From assembly GCF_006345805.1 (NCBI RefSeq), contig NC_043014.1, positions 49,538,001-49,602,000 of the forward strand: a stretch of 64,000 nucleotides of DNA, written 5' to 3'. Positions 1-12,481 of the stretch are shown piece after piece. The stretch's first letter is position 1. Each line of letters starts with the position of its first letter. The DNA comes from Octopus sinensis (Eukaryota). The notes beneath the pieces were generated by a model, which did no database searches, was not told where the DNA came from, and saw only the letters and a list, made by a program, of their open reading frames with translations. The translations under genes and the position numbers were made by a program.

Positions 1-824
1 GGGGGCCAGGTGAGGCTGGCAACGGCCACGAACGGATGGTGCTTTTATGTGCCACCGGCACGGGGGCCAGGCGAGGCTGGCAACGGACACGAACGGATGG
101 TGCTTTTACGTGCCACCGGCACGGAGGCCAGTCGGGGCGGCGCTGGCAACGGCCACAATCGGATGGTTCGCTTACTTGTCACCGGCACTGGTATCACAGC
201 CGCAATTTCCATTGATGTTGATCGACTTCGATTTTGGTTCTGCTTTCTGATATCTGATTTTGATTTTTTGATTTTCACTTGCCTCAACAGGTCTTCACAA
301 GTGGAGTTTTGTGTCCCAAGAAGGAAAGGTATGTATAAGTCGACTGGCTATATACCAGGTAGAGGCCAAGGGTTATGGCCTCACTAGTCTTGCCGGGTCT
401 TACACACACACATATATACAGAGACAAATTACGTATGACAACAAAAGAGGTAGACCTCAGTATCATTGGAAATTGATACTTGTATCATTCAACAAATATG
501 TGTGTGTGTGTATAAGGTTCAATATTGTACGAAAAACAAAGACAGGCATAGGTGAGGAAACAACAGTTTGACACTCAGGAAAAATAGAAATTTCTTTGAT
601 GTTTCGAGCCTAAGATCTTCTACAGAAAAGAATGAGGATCATAAACATATATATATATGTATATATATGTGTGTGTGTGTATATATATATATCTGTAAAA
701 TAATATGTGACAATTATTCAATAGCCAAGATAAAACTCTGAGTTTCAGATGCCGAGGTGATAAATTTCCTCTATTTACATAATATTGAGGTCTCTTTCTT
801 TTTTTTGTTATCTTACCGTTTTTA

Positions 825-866
<42 letters not shown>

Positions 867-1266
867 GTATTATGAGCATTTATAGAACTCAGTCCTATAT
901 AAACTCAACAAACAATTAAAGATGGAGAAGAGAAGGTGTTAAAAGTTTTTAAAAATTTTTATCCATGCATACGATCGTTTCAAATGGTAACACCTACATG
1001 TAAGAAAACATGGAAGAGATTAAATTAATTACAATTAAATTAATTTAATTACATATTACCATTCTCCTCAGATGCATGCGTGTGTATGTATATATATATA
1101 TATATACACACACATATATATAAATTATACACACACACCACACATATATACAGAGACAAATTACATATGACAACAAAAGAGGTAGACCTCAATATCATTG
1201 GAAATTGATACTTGTATCATTCAACAAATATATATAAGAGTGTGTGTGTGTGTGCATGTTTCTTAC

Positions 1267-1410
1267 CTCATAGTTTTTGGTTTTTGATTCTTCTGCTCTT
1301 TCAAAATGAGACAGGGTGTATGAAGAAGGCAACGAGACGGACAACATATTGCGGCAGGCGACCAGATAGCCTCTCAGATGTTCATCGTTCACTCGGCAGT
1401 AGTAACCTCG
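1267..1410 (-). CDS. INTS8: INTS8 exon 9
   Basis: RGYYCRVNDEHLRGYLVACRNML...KTKNYE (compare human HCTIDEKRLAGYCQAC); GTAAGA donor. Confidence 0.87.
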
Positions 1411-1921
1411 CTGCAACAGACAATTGGACATCCACAGATGGAATTACAAATATGAACCAACAGATACACGTTATGACATACTCGTATATTACTACAGCAC
1501 TCTAGTGTAAAGTTTGAATGAATTCAGTTGGGTAGTTCTCGAGTTTTAGTGATACACACATACAGACACATAGACAGACATTCTCAGTTATATATATATA
1601 CAAATAAGAAAATGGAGAAACATATTTAGTTTCTTCATCAACTTTCAGATATTATAATGTTGGATTATTGTTAAATGAATAAATAATCCAACATTATAAT
1701 ATCCAAAAGTTGATGAACGAGATGAATTTGTTTCTCCATTTTCTTATTTGTATTATAAATTTACGGTAAAATATTTCTTTACCTTCACCCGTTTAATACA
1801 ATAAATGAATTAATTGCATTGCAATTAAAAACATTTATGTATTAAGAATCTGGGTACTTTACCAACAGTATATTGGATAAATGCTATCTCATAGTGGGTT
1901 ACACCCATAACCCCTATCTTA

Positions 1922-1985
<64 letters not shown>

Positions 1986-2397
1986 TGTGCACTCCTTCTC
2001 TATCACACTTAATCTTTCATCAGCTGACACAAGATCACCTCCAACGTCACATACCCTCTCAAAGGGTCATTGTCTTGCAAGTTAATTGGTGACCCTGCTA
2101 GTGCTGGTGCCACATAAAATGCATCCAGCCCACACTGTAAAGTGGTTGGCATTTGGAAGAGCATTCAGCTGTAAAAAAAACCATGCCAAAACTGACCTCA
2201 CCTGTGCTGGTGCCACACAAAATTACTCTGTCCACCCTGCTGGGTGGTTGGTGTTAGGAAGAGCATCCAACTGTAAACACCATACGAAAACAGACAGCAA
2301 AGCATGGTGCAGCCTTCTTCCTAGCCAGCTCCTGTCAAACCATCCAACCCATGCCAGCATGGAAAGCAGCCATTAAATGATGATTATGATGATGATG

Positions 2398-2428
<31 letters not shown>

Positions 2429-4581
2429 TATATAAAAGGGTAAAAGTCCTTCCCAAGTCATATAGACTCATACAGATGGTCTCCTGTTTCTCTTTGGGTG
2501 AGATGCCAGTCTGTTGCAGAAATATCATTTTTGCCAGCTGAATGAACTGGAGCAACATGGAATGAAATGTTTTACTCAAGAACACAATACATCACCCATC
2601 CCAGGAATTGAAACCGCAATCTTACAGTCACGAGTCCAACACCATAACCACTAAGCCATGCGCCTCCACACACACACACAGAAAGTACAATAGATATACA
2701 TACATATTGATAACACAACATATATATATACATAAATAAATATACATATTGATAATAAATCAGACATAATCATCATCATCATTGTCTAGCAACTATTGTC
2801 CATGCTGGCATGGGTTGGACGGCCTGAGGAGCTGCACCAGACTCCATTCTGATTTGGCATGGTTTCTACTGCTTGATGTCCTTCCTAACATGCCAACCAC
2901 TTTACAGAGTGTGCTAGGTGCTTTTATGTGGCACCACACAGGTGCTTTTACATGGCATCATGGAACAGAATGCATGCCAAAGAATTGCAGGGTGATAGAA
3001 TTGGTTGAAATCTTTTGTGGCAGTGCCCCAGCATGGCCACAGTCCAATGATTGAAACAAGTAAAAGAATTAAAGGACATACTCACTGGTACAAAAGATTC
3101 TTCTGTGATCTTGAACATTTCATATGCTTCAGAATATTCTTCTAACTGGAAAAAGTACATCCCCAAAGAATAGGACACCTGAAAAACATTGCATAAACCA
3201 TTTAAAAAACATGTTTTCTACATTACTTTGACAGAGTTGTGACAAGATATTAGGCGTAGGAGTGGCTGTGTGGTAAGTAGCTTGCTTACCAACCACATCG
3301 CTCTGGGTTCAGTTCCACTGCGTGGCACCTTGGGCAAGTGTTTTCTGCTATAGCCTTGGGCCGACCAAAGCCTTGTGAGTGGATTTGGTAGACGGAAACT
3401 GAAAGAAGCCTGTCGTATATATATGTGTGTGTGTGTGTTTGTGCATCTGTGTTTGTCCCCCCAACATCGCTTGACAACCGATGCTGGTGTGTTTACGTCC
3501 CCGTAACTTAGCGGTTCGGCAAATGAGACTGATAGAATAAGTACTAGGCTTACAAAGAATAAGTCCTGGGGTCGATTTGCTCGACTAAAGGCAGTGCTCC
3601 AGCATGGTCGCAGTCAAATGACTGAAACAAGTAAAAGAGAGTACCCAGTTAGATTATCACCCTGGCATGGCTGTGACTAGAAATTGGAATGTATATCTAC
3701 TTCTGAGAATATTGTCCAAGTGAGTGTTGGTGATGATGTGACATCTGTCAGAATTGAACCATCAGATTACAACTTAGAATATTCAGCTCTGGAAGCGGAT
3801 AATGACTGGAAGGAGAACGATCCCAGTTTAGTTCAGGTAAGAACAAAAGTGGAAGAACCTGCAAAGACTTTCTTAGAATCTTGGAAAGATACTCTGTCAG
3901 ATCCTCTCCAAGATGCTGAGCATTTTGAGTACTGAAGACCAAACGCCTGATGATGTAAAACCCAAAGACCAAAATGTCGGTACAGACTCATAAGGGCTGG
4001 TTTTCTGGTTTCCATGGCATATGTACTCCCCACCTGAACAGGACACCAGTCCATTGCAGGGTTATTCATTTTTGCCAGCTGAGTGGACTGGGGCAACGTA
4101 AAACGAAGTGTTTTGTTCAAGAATACAACGCATCGCCCGGTCCAGGAATCGAAACCACAATCATACAATCATGAGTCCAACACACTAACTACTAGGGGTT
4201 ATATTAGGGTACCAGTTACGTTATCACCCTGGCATGGCTGTGACTAGAATGCCGCCCACCCTTCTCAAGTCATACAGACTCATAAGGGCTGGTTTTCTGG
4301 TTTCCATGGCATATGTGCTCCCCACCTGAACAGTCTGTTGCAAGATTATTCATTTTTGCCAGCTGAGTGGACTGGAGCAACATAAAACGAAGAGTTTTGT
4401 TCAAGAACACAACATAGGCGCAGGAGTGGCTGTGTGGTAAGTAGCTTGCTAACCAACCACATGGTTCCAGGTTCAGTCCCACTGCGTGGCATCTTGAGCA
4501 AGTGTCTTCTGCTATAGCCCCGGGCCAACCAATGCCTTGTGAGTGGATTTGGTAGACGGAAACTGAAAGAAGCCTGTCGTA

Positions 4582-4626
<45 letters not shown>

Positions 4627-7600
4627 ATGTTTGTGTGTCTGTGTTTGTCCCTCTAGCATTGCTTGACAACCGATGCTGGTGTGTTTATGTCCCCATCACT
4701 TAGCGGTTCGGCAAAAGAGACCGATAGAATAAGTACTGCGCTTACAAAAGAATAAGTCCCGGGGTCAAGTTGCTCGATTAAAGGCGGTGCTCCAGCATGG
4801 CCGCAGTCAAATGACTGAAACAAGTAAAAGAGTAAAAAAGAGAAAAGAGAGTATCATCCGGTCCAAGGATCGACACCACAATCTTACAATCATGAGTCCA
4901 ACAAACTAACCACTAGGATACCAGTTAGGTTATCACCCTGGCATGACTGTGACTAAATATTAGGGTACTCAGTTAGAAAACAGGAGTTGAATAAAGGTGG
5001 CTTCAATAACATAAAATTCAACACTGAAGTATAATATAAAGGAGACAACACTTAAGTGGAATATTCCATTTTCTACTACAAAATATCATCTTAACTGGAT
5101 ATCTGTGCTGTGTCAATTACTGTAGCAATTTGAAGAGAAATTCATCAACTAAACTAATTACCTGAGTTTTAAATTCATTCACCGAAACATTGACACAGTG
5201 ATCGGAAACATTCTCCAATGGATCAGTATTTTCAGTGGGAATTGAAAAATACGATAATGTTGGAACTTTAATATTCCGACAACACTGAAGAAATGTCTGC
5301 AGATTTTCAACAGAACTTTTTATTTGATCTTTCAACTGGAAAAAAAAGAGGCGAAAATAAACATAACTCAAAATAAAGAACAACATAAGAAAATGTAATA
5401 AAGGTAATTTAAAAATATAGTTAACATGTAATTGGGAAATGTAACAAAAAGTAATTAAAAAGAGAAAGTGATATTAATTAAATGTGTACATTTGTCATTG
5501 TTTATGAGACTCCAGATTTTAGAGCTAATTAACTTTATCACCTGTGCCGGTGGCATGTATAAAAAGATTCGAGCGAGGTCGTTGCCAGTACCACATGACA
5601 GGTGCCTATGCCGGTGGCATGTAAAAAGCATCCACTACACTCTCGGAGTGGTTGGCATTACGAAGGGCATCCAGCAGTAGAAACTCTGCCAGATCAAGAT
5701 TGGAGCCTGGTGCAGCCATCTGGTTCGCCAGCCCTCAGTCAAAATCGTCCAACCCATGCTAGCATGGAAAGCGGATGTTAAACGATGATGATGATGATGA
5801 CAGATTTAATATTTACATCTACACATATATATGCACACACATGGATATACATACAAATATACACACATATTTACATACATACATATCAGGCAAGGTTGTA
5901 TGGTAAGAATCAACAACATGGTTCTGGGTTCAGTCCTACAGTGTGGCACCTTGGGCGAGTGTCTTCTGCTATAGCCTCAGGATGACCAATGCCTTGTAAA
6001 TAGGTTTGATAGACAGAAACTGAAAGAAGCCCATTGTGTGCGTGTGTCTTTGTGTCTGTGTACCCCCCCATCGCTTGACAACTGGTGTTGGTGTGTTTAT
6101 ATCCCGTGACATAGTGGTTTGGCAATAGGCTAAGTAGGAAGCTTTAGAAAATAAGTTCTGGGGTTGATTCGGTTGACTAAAATTCCATCAAGGTGGTGCC
6201 CCAGCATGGCCACAGTCTAATGACTGAAACAAGTAATATATAAAAGACACACACACACACACAATCAATACAGCATCAATATTTCAAAAAGTAACGGAGA
6301 TGGTGATCATGGAATAGAGGAATGCCTGACTTACAAGTCGAATTAGAGATTCATTGATACCTGCCAAGGTAAACATAGTTTCTTGTACTCCAGGTCTGCA
6401 GAAATGAAAAAAGAAAAACAAAGTTAAAACCCACGTCAGCAGCCATTTACTTGTTCATATTAAAACAGGTCATACAGTGCATACAGGGTGCTTTTTAATT
6501 TCATGCCACTGAAACAAGTGAGGTCACCAAGTTGCAAGACAAGAAAAAAAAAACAGGAAAGAGAAAAGACCCCATGACTAAGTGGGGAGGGTGCTATTAG
6601 AAAGGGGTCAGGTGCTGAGAGACTAAAATATGATAGAAGGGCCAGAAGAGGTGTTATGCAATAGAGGAGATACATGGCTTCTCCACATTAAAAGGGTGAA
6701 TAGTTGGTTGGTTGGCATCTTTTTTGTCTCAGGAGACAATGGAGTTGCGCATAAAATAGTCTAGTCCAGCTTTTACACTTCATGTCCTAATACATTTCCT
6801 GCTGTGGCTGTGTAGTCCTATCCTGGACAAACACTCCCTCTGGCAGGTGCCGCAAATGTAATAGTGAATAGTAATAATGTAAAATATATGTGATTGCTGT
6901 TAGTCTTTCCTGAAATCAGTTTGAGACTATTTAGAAAAGAAACACTTACACAGATACAAAACTTGTCTTTTGTGGACGGTTGGGAAAAGTATCCATAACA
7001 ACTGTTTCGATACTCCTGAAAAAAAAAGAGTAATAATTAGATAAACATATGCATTTATATATATATACACACTCAAACACGTGTGTGTGTGTATGTATAC
7101 TTACTTTACTTACTTTACTTTTACTTGTTTCAGTCATTTGACTGTGGCCATGCTAGCATTGCTTGACAACCGATGCTGGTGTGTTTACGTCCCTGTCACT
7201 TAGCGGTTCGGCAAAAGAGACCGATAGAATAAGTACTGGGCTTACAAAGAATAAGTCCCGGGATCGAGTTGCTCAATTAAAGGCGGTGCTCCAGCATGGC
7301 CGCAGTCAAATGACTGAAACAAGTAAAAGAATAAAATAAAGAATAATAAAAATATAATTCTTTGTGGAATATTATAGACAAGGGGTAAAAAGGATTTGTG
7401 TTCCAAAAACGTATGAATAAGTATTTACCATCTGTGAAACAGCTGCATGGAAAACGCAGCCTCGTCACTCAAATTGTCGTAATCCTGAACTGTATTAACT
7501 TTCTCGATGCTTCCACTCCCCACACAGGTCCTCACCAGTTCAAGCAGCAAGGTCTGGGTCATGGTTAATGGAAGGCTGTAAAGAAAAAGGAACAAAAAAG

Positions 7601-10600
7601 ACAAACAGACAGACATTATAGAAACCACCAGTGAAACATATATTATTATTGAAATTATATATAAAAAAACAAAATAACAAAATGGGACAAGAACGCAAAA
7701 CACACAAAAAGACGACACAAAAAACGGACGGGTCATTCGAAGCCTCTAATCTTCAGTCAGGAACCGGATCATCCTAGATTAGAGGCTTCGAATGACCCGT
7801 CCGTTTTTTGTGTCGTCTCTTTGTGTGTTTTGCGTTGTTGTCCCATTTTGGTTTTTTTGGGGGTTTTTTATATATAATTTTTATACATATATTATTGCGG
7901 TGTAACGTACACCTTGTTCTCTTATGTATGTATTATTATTGAAGATGGTTTTCATAGAACAATGAAAGCCTTATGTTCTCACTAAAGCTTCTAGAAATAG
8001 CAGCTAAGTCATACTATAATAGCATTTTGGAAAGAGTGATTAGGGGCCTGTAATAAAGACAGAAGAAGCTACAAAAGAAACACAGTTTTGATACAGACCT
8101 TTTACTTAAAACTTCCAAATCCCACTTAAGAAATGCAGCAACTTTCAGAGCAAGAATCTTCAAGGCTTTGACCTTTTTGTTAAACCCTGGCATCTTTATT
8201 TCTGGTAGCAGAAAATAAAACAGAAGACCATATCAGAAAGCATTTGACAATTTATATTTCTACATTCAATACTATATGACTGACTCTCTTAATATCCGTT
8301 AACGTTCAGATTAATCCACCAAATGCAAAGCTTATATATTCACATTGTTTTGAATTAATCGTGTATTGTCTTACAGCTGTGAGATTTCAGTGGTTGATGC
8401 CAGTGCCCCCTGATTGGCTCCCATAGCATGTAAAAAGCACCCACTAAACTCTTGGAGTGGTTGGCGTCAGGAAGGGCATCCAGCCGTAGAAACATTGCCA
8501 GATCAGATTGGAGCCCGGTGCAACCCACTGGCTTGCCAGAACTCAGTCAAACCGTCCAACCCATGCCAGCATGGAAAGTGGACATTAACGATGATGATGA
8601 TTATTTTTAGAATGACATTGTCGGGTAGATATAAGAGGCTAGATCTGGCCAGTTTGAATATAAAACAAGGGGAATATTTGGGCCTCATATGGCCGGTTTA
8701 AATGCTAAAGGATTAAGGCATGGCTTTGTGGTAAAAAGTTTACTTCCCAACCATAAGGTCTCAGGTTCAGTCCTCCTGCATGCAACCTTGTGCAAGTGTC
8801 TTCTACTATAGCCCTGGTGTATTTAGAAGACAGAAACTTAAACGAAAGACAATTGTATGCATGTATATTTATGGAAATTGTAGTTGTGATACTCGTGCCA
8901 GGGGCACATAAAAAGCACCATCCGAATGTGGGCTATGCCAGTGCCATCTTGACTGGCTCCCGTGCTAGTGGAACATAAAAAGCACCAACTGATCATGGCT
9001 GTTGCCAGCCCCCTCTGGCACCCACTACGTTCATGGAGTGGTTGGCATTAGGAAGGGCATCCAGCTGTAGAAACGCTGCCAGATCAGACTGGAGCCTGGT
9101 GCAGCCATCTGGATCACCAGAGTCCAGTCGAACTGTTCAACCCATGCTAGCATGGAAAGCGGACGTTAAACACTGATAATAATGATTATGTGTCTGTGAG
9201 TCCTTGTTTTGGCATCGCACTTGTAAATGAGTGTCAATGTCATACAAGCAAGATCTTTCATTTCTATGGACAACCAAAACCTTATGAGTGAATTTGGTAG
9301 AGAGATATTGAAAGGAGCCCATCGTATATATGTGTGTGTATGTAAATGTGTATTACTGTCTCCTTGCTTCAACTTCATGTGATAATAGTAAACAAACGTA
9401 ACCGCTATGCAGTCAGTATGTTTCGTTTCCAATCTTCTGTGGAAATATGTCTGGTATTTGGGAACATTACCTTACTTGGAAACAGGAAGGAGATCTGGCT
9501 GGAGAAAATCCACATTGATAAATTGCATCCAACCCATGTAACTACAGGAAATGTGGACGCACATGGCCTAGTGGTTAGAGCAGTGAACTCGCGGTCAAGG
9601 GATCGCAGGTTCGAATCTCAGTCTGGGTGATGTGTGTGTTTATGAGCGAAAACACCTAAGCTCCACGCAGCTCCGGCAGAAGGTAATGGTGAACTTCTGC
9701 TGACTCTTTCGCCACAACTTTCTCTCACTCTTTCCTCCTGCATTTTGCAGCTCACCTGCGACGGACCAGCGTCTCGTCCAGGTGGGGAACCTATACGCCA
9801 GGAAACCAGCCTTTATGAGCAAGGCATGGCTCGAGAAGGAACAAACAACTATGGGAAATGGACATTAAAATGATGATGATGATATTTCTAGTGTTGGTAA
9901 AGATTTTGTGATTTTAAGATTAAACACAGAAAAAGAAAATTTGTGTTTGATGACTTACCTGGAATATCTTCTGATTTGATGTCAGCAGATCCTGTATGGT
10001 TGTTACTCAATTCCGAATTGGTTTTATTGTGAGTAGGGAGAGCAGCATTGCTGTGAGTTTCAGCCTGTTGCATGAAAAGGACTATCATTTGTCCTGGGGT
10101 TGGATCTTTAAAAGAAAATGGAAATGGTTGAAGAGACTGGGAGAAGTGAAGAACTGAACAATGTCAACATGGTAATAATTCTTTCTTCTTATAGAAGGCG
10201 TGAAATTTGTGGGGAGGGACTAAGTCAATTACATCGATTCCAGTGCTCAACTGATACTTACTTCATCGATCCTGAAAGGATGAAAGGCTAAGTCGACCTC
10301 GGCGGGATTTGAACTCAGAACATAGAGACGGACGAAGTACCGCTAAGCATTTCGCCCGGCGTGCTAACGTTTCTGCCAGCTCGCCGCCTTATAACATGCT
10401 AATAATGCCAACATATTATGGGAGTCACGTCAACGTATTTTAGAAATATTACTATATTGAAGCAATAATATCCATATAATAATAATATCATTAACTCATT
10501 CATTAAGTTAATGGTCCAATATATATATAGCGATTTCATCTTTCACATTCTACTATACTAGAATTTGTACACCTGCTCAGAGATGATCTGAGCGATATCA

Positions 10601-11079
10601 CAACATTGATATTGAGTATAGTACCTCTGAAACTGAGTGATATTAGACAATAATATAGTGTGATATTAAAACAATATTTGGTGATCTCATAACAACGATA
10701 TTGAGTAATATAAGTTGTGGTGCACCTGAGCACTGTATACAATAATTTCATTATTATCATTATTATGATATTATTATAACAGACAATAATATTGGATATC
10801 ATATGGATATCATAGCAATAAGCTACGTAATATTATAATAGTAACACTGGGTAATATTAAACAAAGATATTGGATGTTATTATGACAATGGTTGTCAGTG
10901 ATGTGATGGCAAAGAAACTGTGCGGTATTGTGTAAGGTGACCAACGTACCTGGGTTGAGTTCATTCAAATGTTTTTCGAGTAAAGATTCGTCTAAGAGGA
11001 ATTCAAACCAGGCGACCGCAGGCAGGGTTATGGGCCCCATGCCAGGTCGGCCTGACGAAGACATCACACATTCACTCAT
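1267..11079 (-). CDS. INTS8: Integrator complex subunit 8, 5' part (9 exons: 11079-10950, 10105-9959, 8201-8099, 7575-7429, 7015-6950, 6395-6335, 5335-5162, 3178-3086, 1410-1267); continues beyond the left edge
   Basis: Joined exons give 1065 nt in one open frame with GT-AG introns and matching phases. Peptides AWFEFLLDESLLEKHL, DPTPGQMIVLFMQQA, KILALKVAAFLKWDLEVL and LKDQIKSSVENL match vertebrate INTS8 as I recall it (WFEFLLEESLLEQHL, DPAPVQLIVQFLEQA, KLLALKVAAHLKWDLDIL); no database search was run. Confidence 0.93.
3086..3178 (-). CDS. INTS8: INTS8 exon 8
   Basis: VSYSLGMYFFQLEEYSEAYEMFKITEESFVP (compare human VCYDLGAAYFQ); GTGAGT donor. Confidence 0.87.
3253..3641 (+). mobile_element. tRNA-headed SINE family A (further copies at about 4417-4850+, 26325-26738-, 30222-30915-, 33815-34208+, 38410-38812-, 46875-47278+, 54145-54548+, 62985-63380+)
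   Basis: A/B-box-like head GGCTGTGTGGTAAG...GGGTTCAGTCCC, internal (TA)n(TG)n, and tail GAAACAAGTAAAAGAG; near-identical copies across the window. Confidence 0.9.
5162..5335 (-). CDS. INTS8: INTS8 exon 7
   Basis: LKDQIKSSVENLQTF...SVNEFKTQ; 174 nt, phase 0/0. Confidence 0.87.
6335..6395 (-). CDS. INTS8: INTS8 exon 6
   Basis: PGVQETMFTLAGINESLIRL; TGCAG acceptor, GTAAGT donor, phase-consistent. Confidence 0.8.
6950..7015 (-). CDS. INTS8: INTS8 exon 5
   Basis: SIETVVMDTFPNRPQKTSFVS; TTTCAG acceptor, GTAAGT donor. Confidence 0.85.
7429..7575 (-). CDS. INTS8: INTS8 exon 4
   Basis: LPLTMTQTLLLELVRTC...FSMQLFHRW; pyrimidine tract plus CAG acceptor, GTAAAT donor. Confidence 0.88.
7655..7880. repeat. 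Inverted repeat with arms of about 100 bp and a 23-nt spacer
   Basis: ...GGTCATTCGAAGCCTCTAATCT (to 7752) vs AGATTAGAGGCTTCGAATGACC... (from 7776). Confidence 0.92.
8099..8201 (-). CDS. INTS8: INTS8 exon 3
   Basis: IKMPGFNKKVKALKILALKVAAFLKWDLEVLSK; absent from the ORF track; phases fit both neighbours. Confidence 0.9.
9959..10105 (-). CDS. INTS8: INTS8 exon 2
   Basis: AG acceptor and GTAAGT donor; DPTPGQMIVLFMQQAETHSN...DIKSEDIP. Confidence 0.88.
10950..11079 (-). CDS. INTS8: INTS8 coding exon 1
   Basis: ATG at 11079; MSECVMSSSGRPGMGPITLPAVAWFEFLLDESLLEKHLNELNP, then a phase-1 GTACGT donor. Confidence 0.9.
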
Positions 11080-12409
11080 TGTCGAAGGAATGTTGTGAAA
11101 TAACAGCTAATTAAGAGTTAATTATGCCATTAATTGATATATTCCTGGCTTTTATGGGTTTGCAAAGAATTACCACCCGGTTCCTTCGTCTCAAAAACAC
11201 ACTTGCATACAAAGTCAGATAACTATTCACATGGTTCACATACTTAGTAAATTCGTATGTTGTGGTTTTTAAAGTGCTTTATTCTATTTTCTGTCTCAAA
11301 TATGAAGCTTAGAATATTTTTGGGAAAGAAATTGAACCACTATACTGTGAACAACTTTTACAAGCGGCATTAAAAACTAAAGATCAAATTAAAACCAAAT
11401 AAATTGAAATGGCTGTAACCGGGAATCGAAACCGGGTGGCGGAACAACCGGCTTGTTCGGTAACGGCATTGTTTTACATAATTCGTTCAGTGTCAATAAA
11501 GAAACGTTTTTAAAAATGTAAGAGTAACAAGATCTTATATTGTCTCCAATGTGATATGTTCTCGAAAAATAACTAAAAATTAAAATAAACTTTGATGATT
11601 TTTTAAGAGCAGAAGTTGTTTGGGAGGAAAGAAAAAGTAAGAGTTACCTCCCATAGCAATGGGAACTTTTTTTTAACTTAAATGGTATTTTGGTAAGAAT
11701 ATTTTTTATCAAAGTGAAAATAACTTTTGATAAGGACAAAAAAAAAGAGAGAGACAGGGCAAAGAAAGAAAATTAAAGAATAATTAAAATTTCTACTACC
11801 CACTCCAAAAAAATTAGATGTATGACATATTAATATTTTATATTCAATATTTCATCTATTTAATAAGACAATCTATACTTCATTTCATTTTACTATATAT
11901 ATTATTTATACTATATATTCTATATTCTACATTAAAACTATAAAGAATATAAATAAAACATAAAAACAGACAGTTAGAATTTCTTTGGGTAACATATATA
12001 TATATATATAAATTAAATTAGATAAAACCACTATTAGGGAACTCAAACAGTGATTTAATTTATATTTATACTGTGAAATTTGATTTAATCCTAAATCTAA
12101 TTTTTCCCTGTAAGTTTGGATATGCTCCCTAATATTATTATTATTATTATTATATTATTATATATCGAAATTTAAAATGTTTGAATATCAAAATATATAA
12201 TCAGAAATAAAAATATAACTATTAAAAAAATGTAGTTATTTTACAAGAAAAATAAAAATTCCTTTATTTGTCAAAATATACTCCTTTTAAATACGTAATT
12301 AATTTTTAAAACAATTTTTGTATTCTTGTTTTGGGATCAAAAAAGTACGAATGACAGATTAAGAGTTTGCATCTTTATTTTCGAACAAGTCTCGTGGTGA
12401 CGACTCGAC
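11080..12409. promoter_or_regulatory. Intergenic region between divergent INTS8 and Morgue starts; putative bidirectional promoter
   Basis: 1.33 kb between opposed ATGs, with none of the common SINEs. Two short CpG-rich patches (about 11410-11490 and 12385-12425) flank an extremely AT-rich spacer. Transcription starts are not observable. Confidence 0.55.
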
Positions 12410-12481
12410 ATGACGGCCGTCGGGTTTTGTAAAATGAGTTTAAAGTTCCATGTCGATGTTTGGGAATTTCTAGAACCCGAG
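12410..12481 (+). CDS. morgue: Morgue probable coding exon 1
   Basis: ATG in a CpG patch; [24 protein letters not shown], then a phase-0 GTAATG donor matching the phase-0 acceptor at 18076. No recalled homology, and the ATG at 12434 is an alternative start. Confidence 0.6.

Noticed and set aside
960-1000. Further INTS8 exon
   Set aside because: There is an acceptor-like AG but the required phase-0 frame hits a stop and shows no similarity to the next INTS8 segment; it is probably a repeat fragment.
409-1231. Direct repeat of about 90 bp (409-499 and 1141-1231) as LTRs
   Set aside because: No TG...CA ends, primer site or internal ORF; more likely two copies of a short repeat next to microsatellites.
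7740-7800. Hammerhead within the INTS8 intron 3 inverted repeat
   Set aside because: CTGAAGA is present on the minus strand but is followed by GAAT rather than GAAA, and no convincing stems I/III form.
9495-9572. tRNA gene (also 50878-50945 and family A heads)
   Set aside because: A/B boxes are present but there is no closed acceptor stem, and each runs into a multi-copy SINE body.
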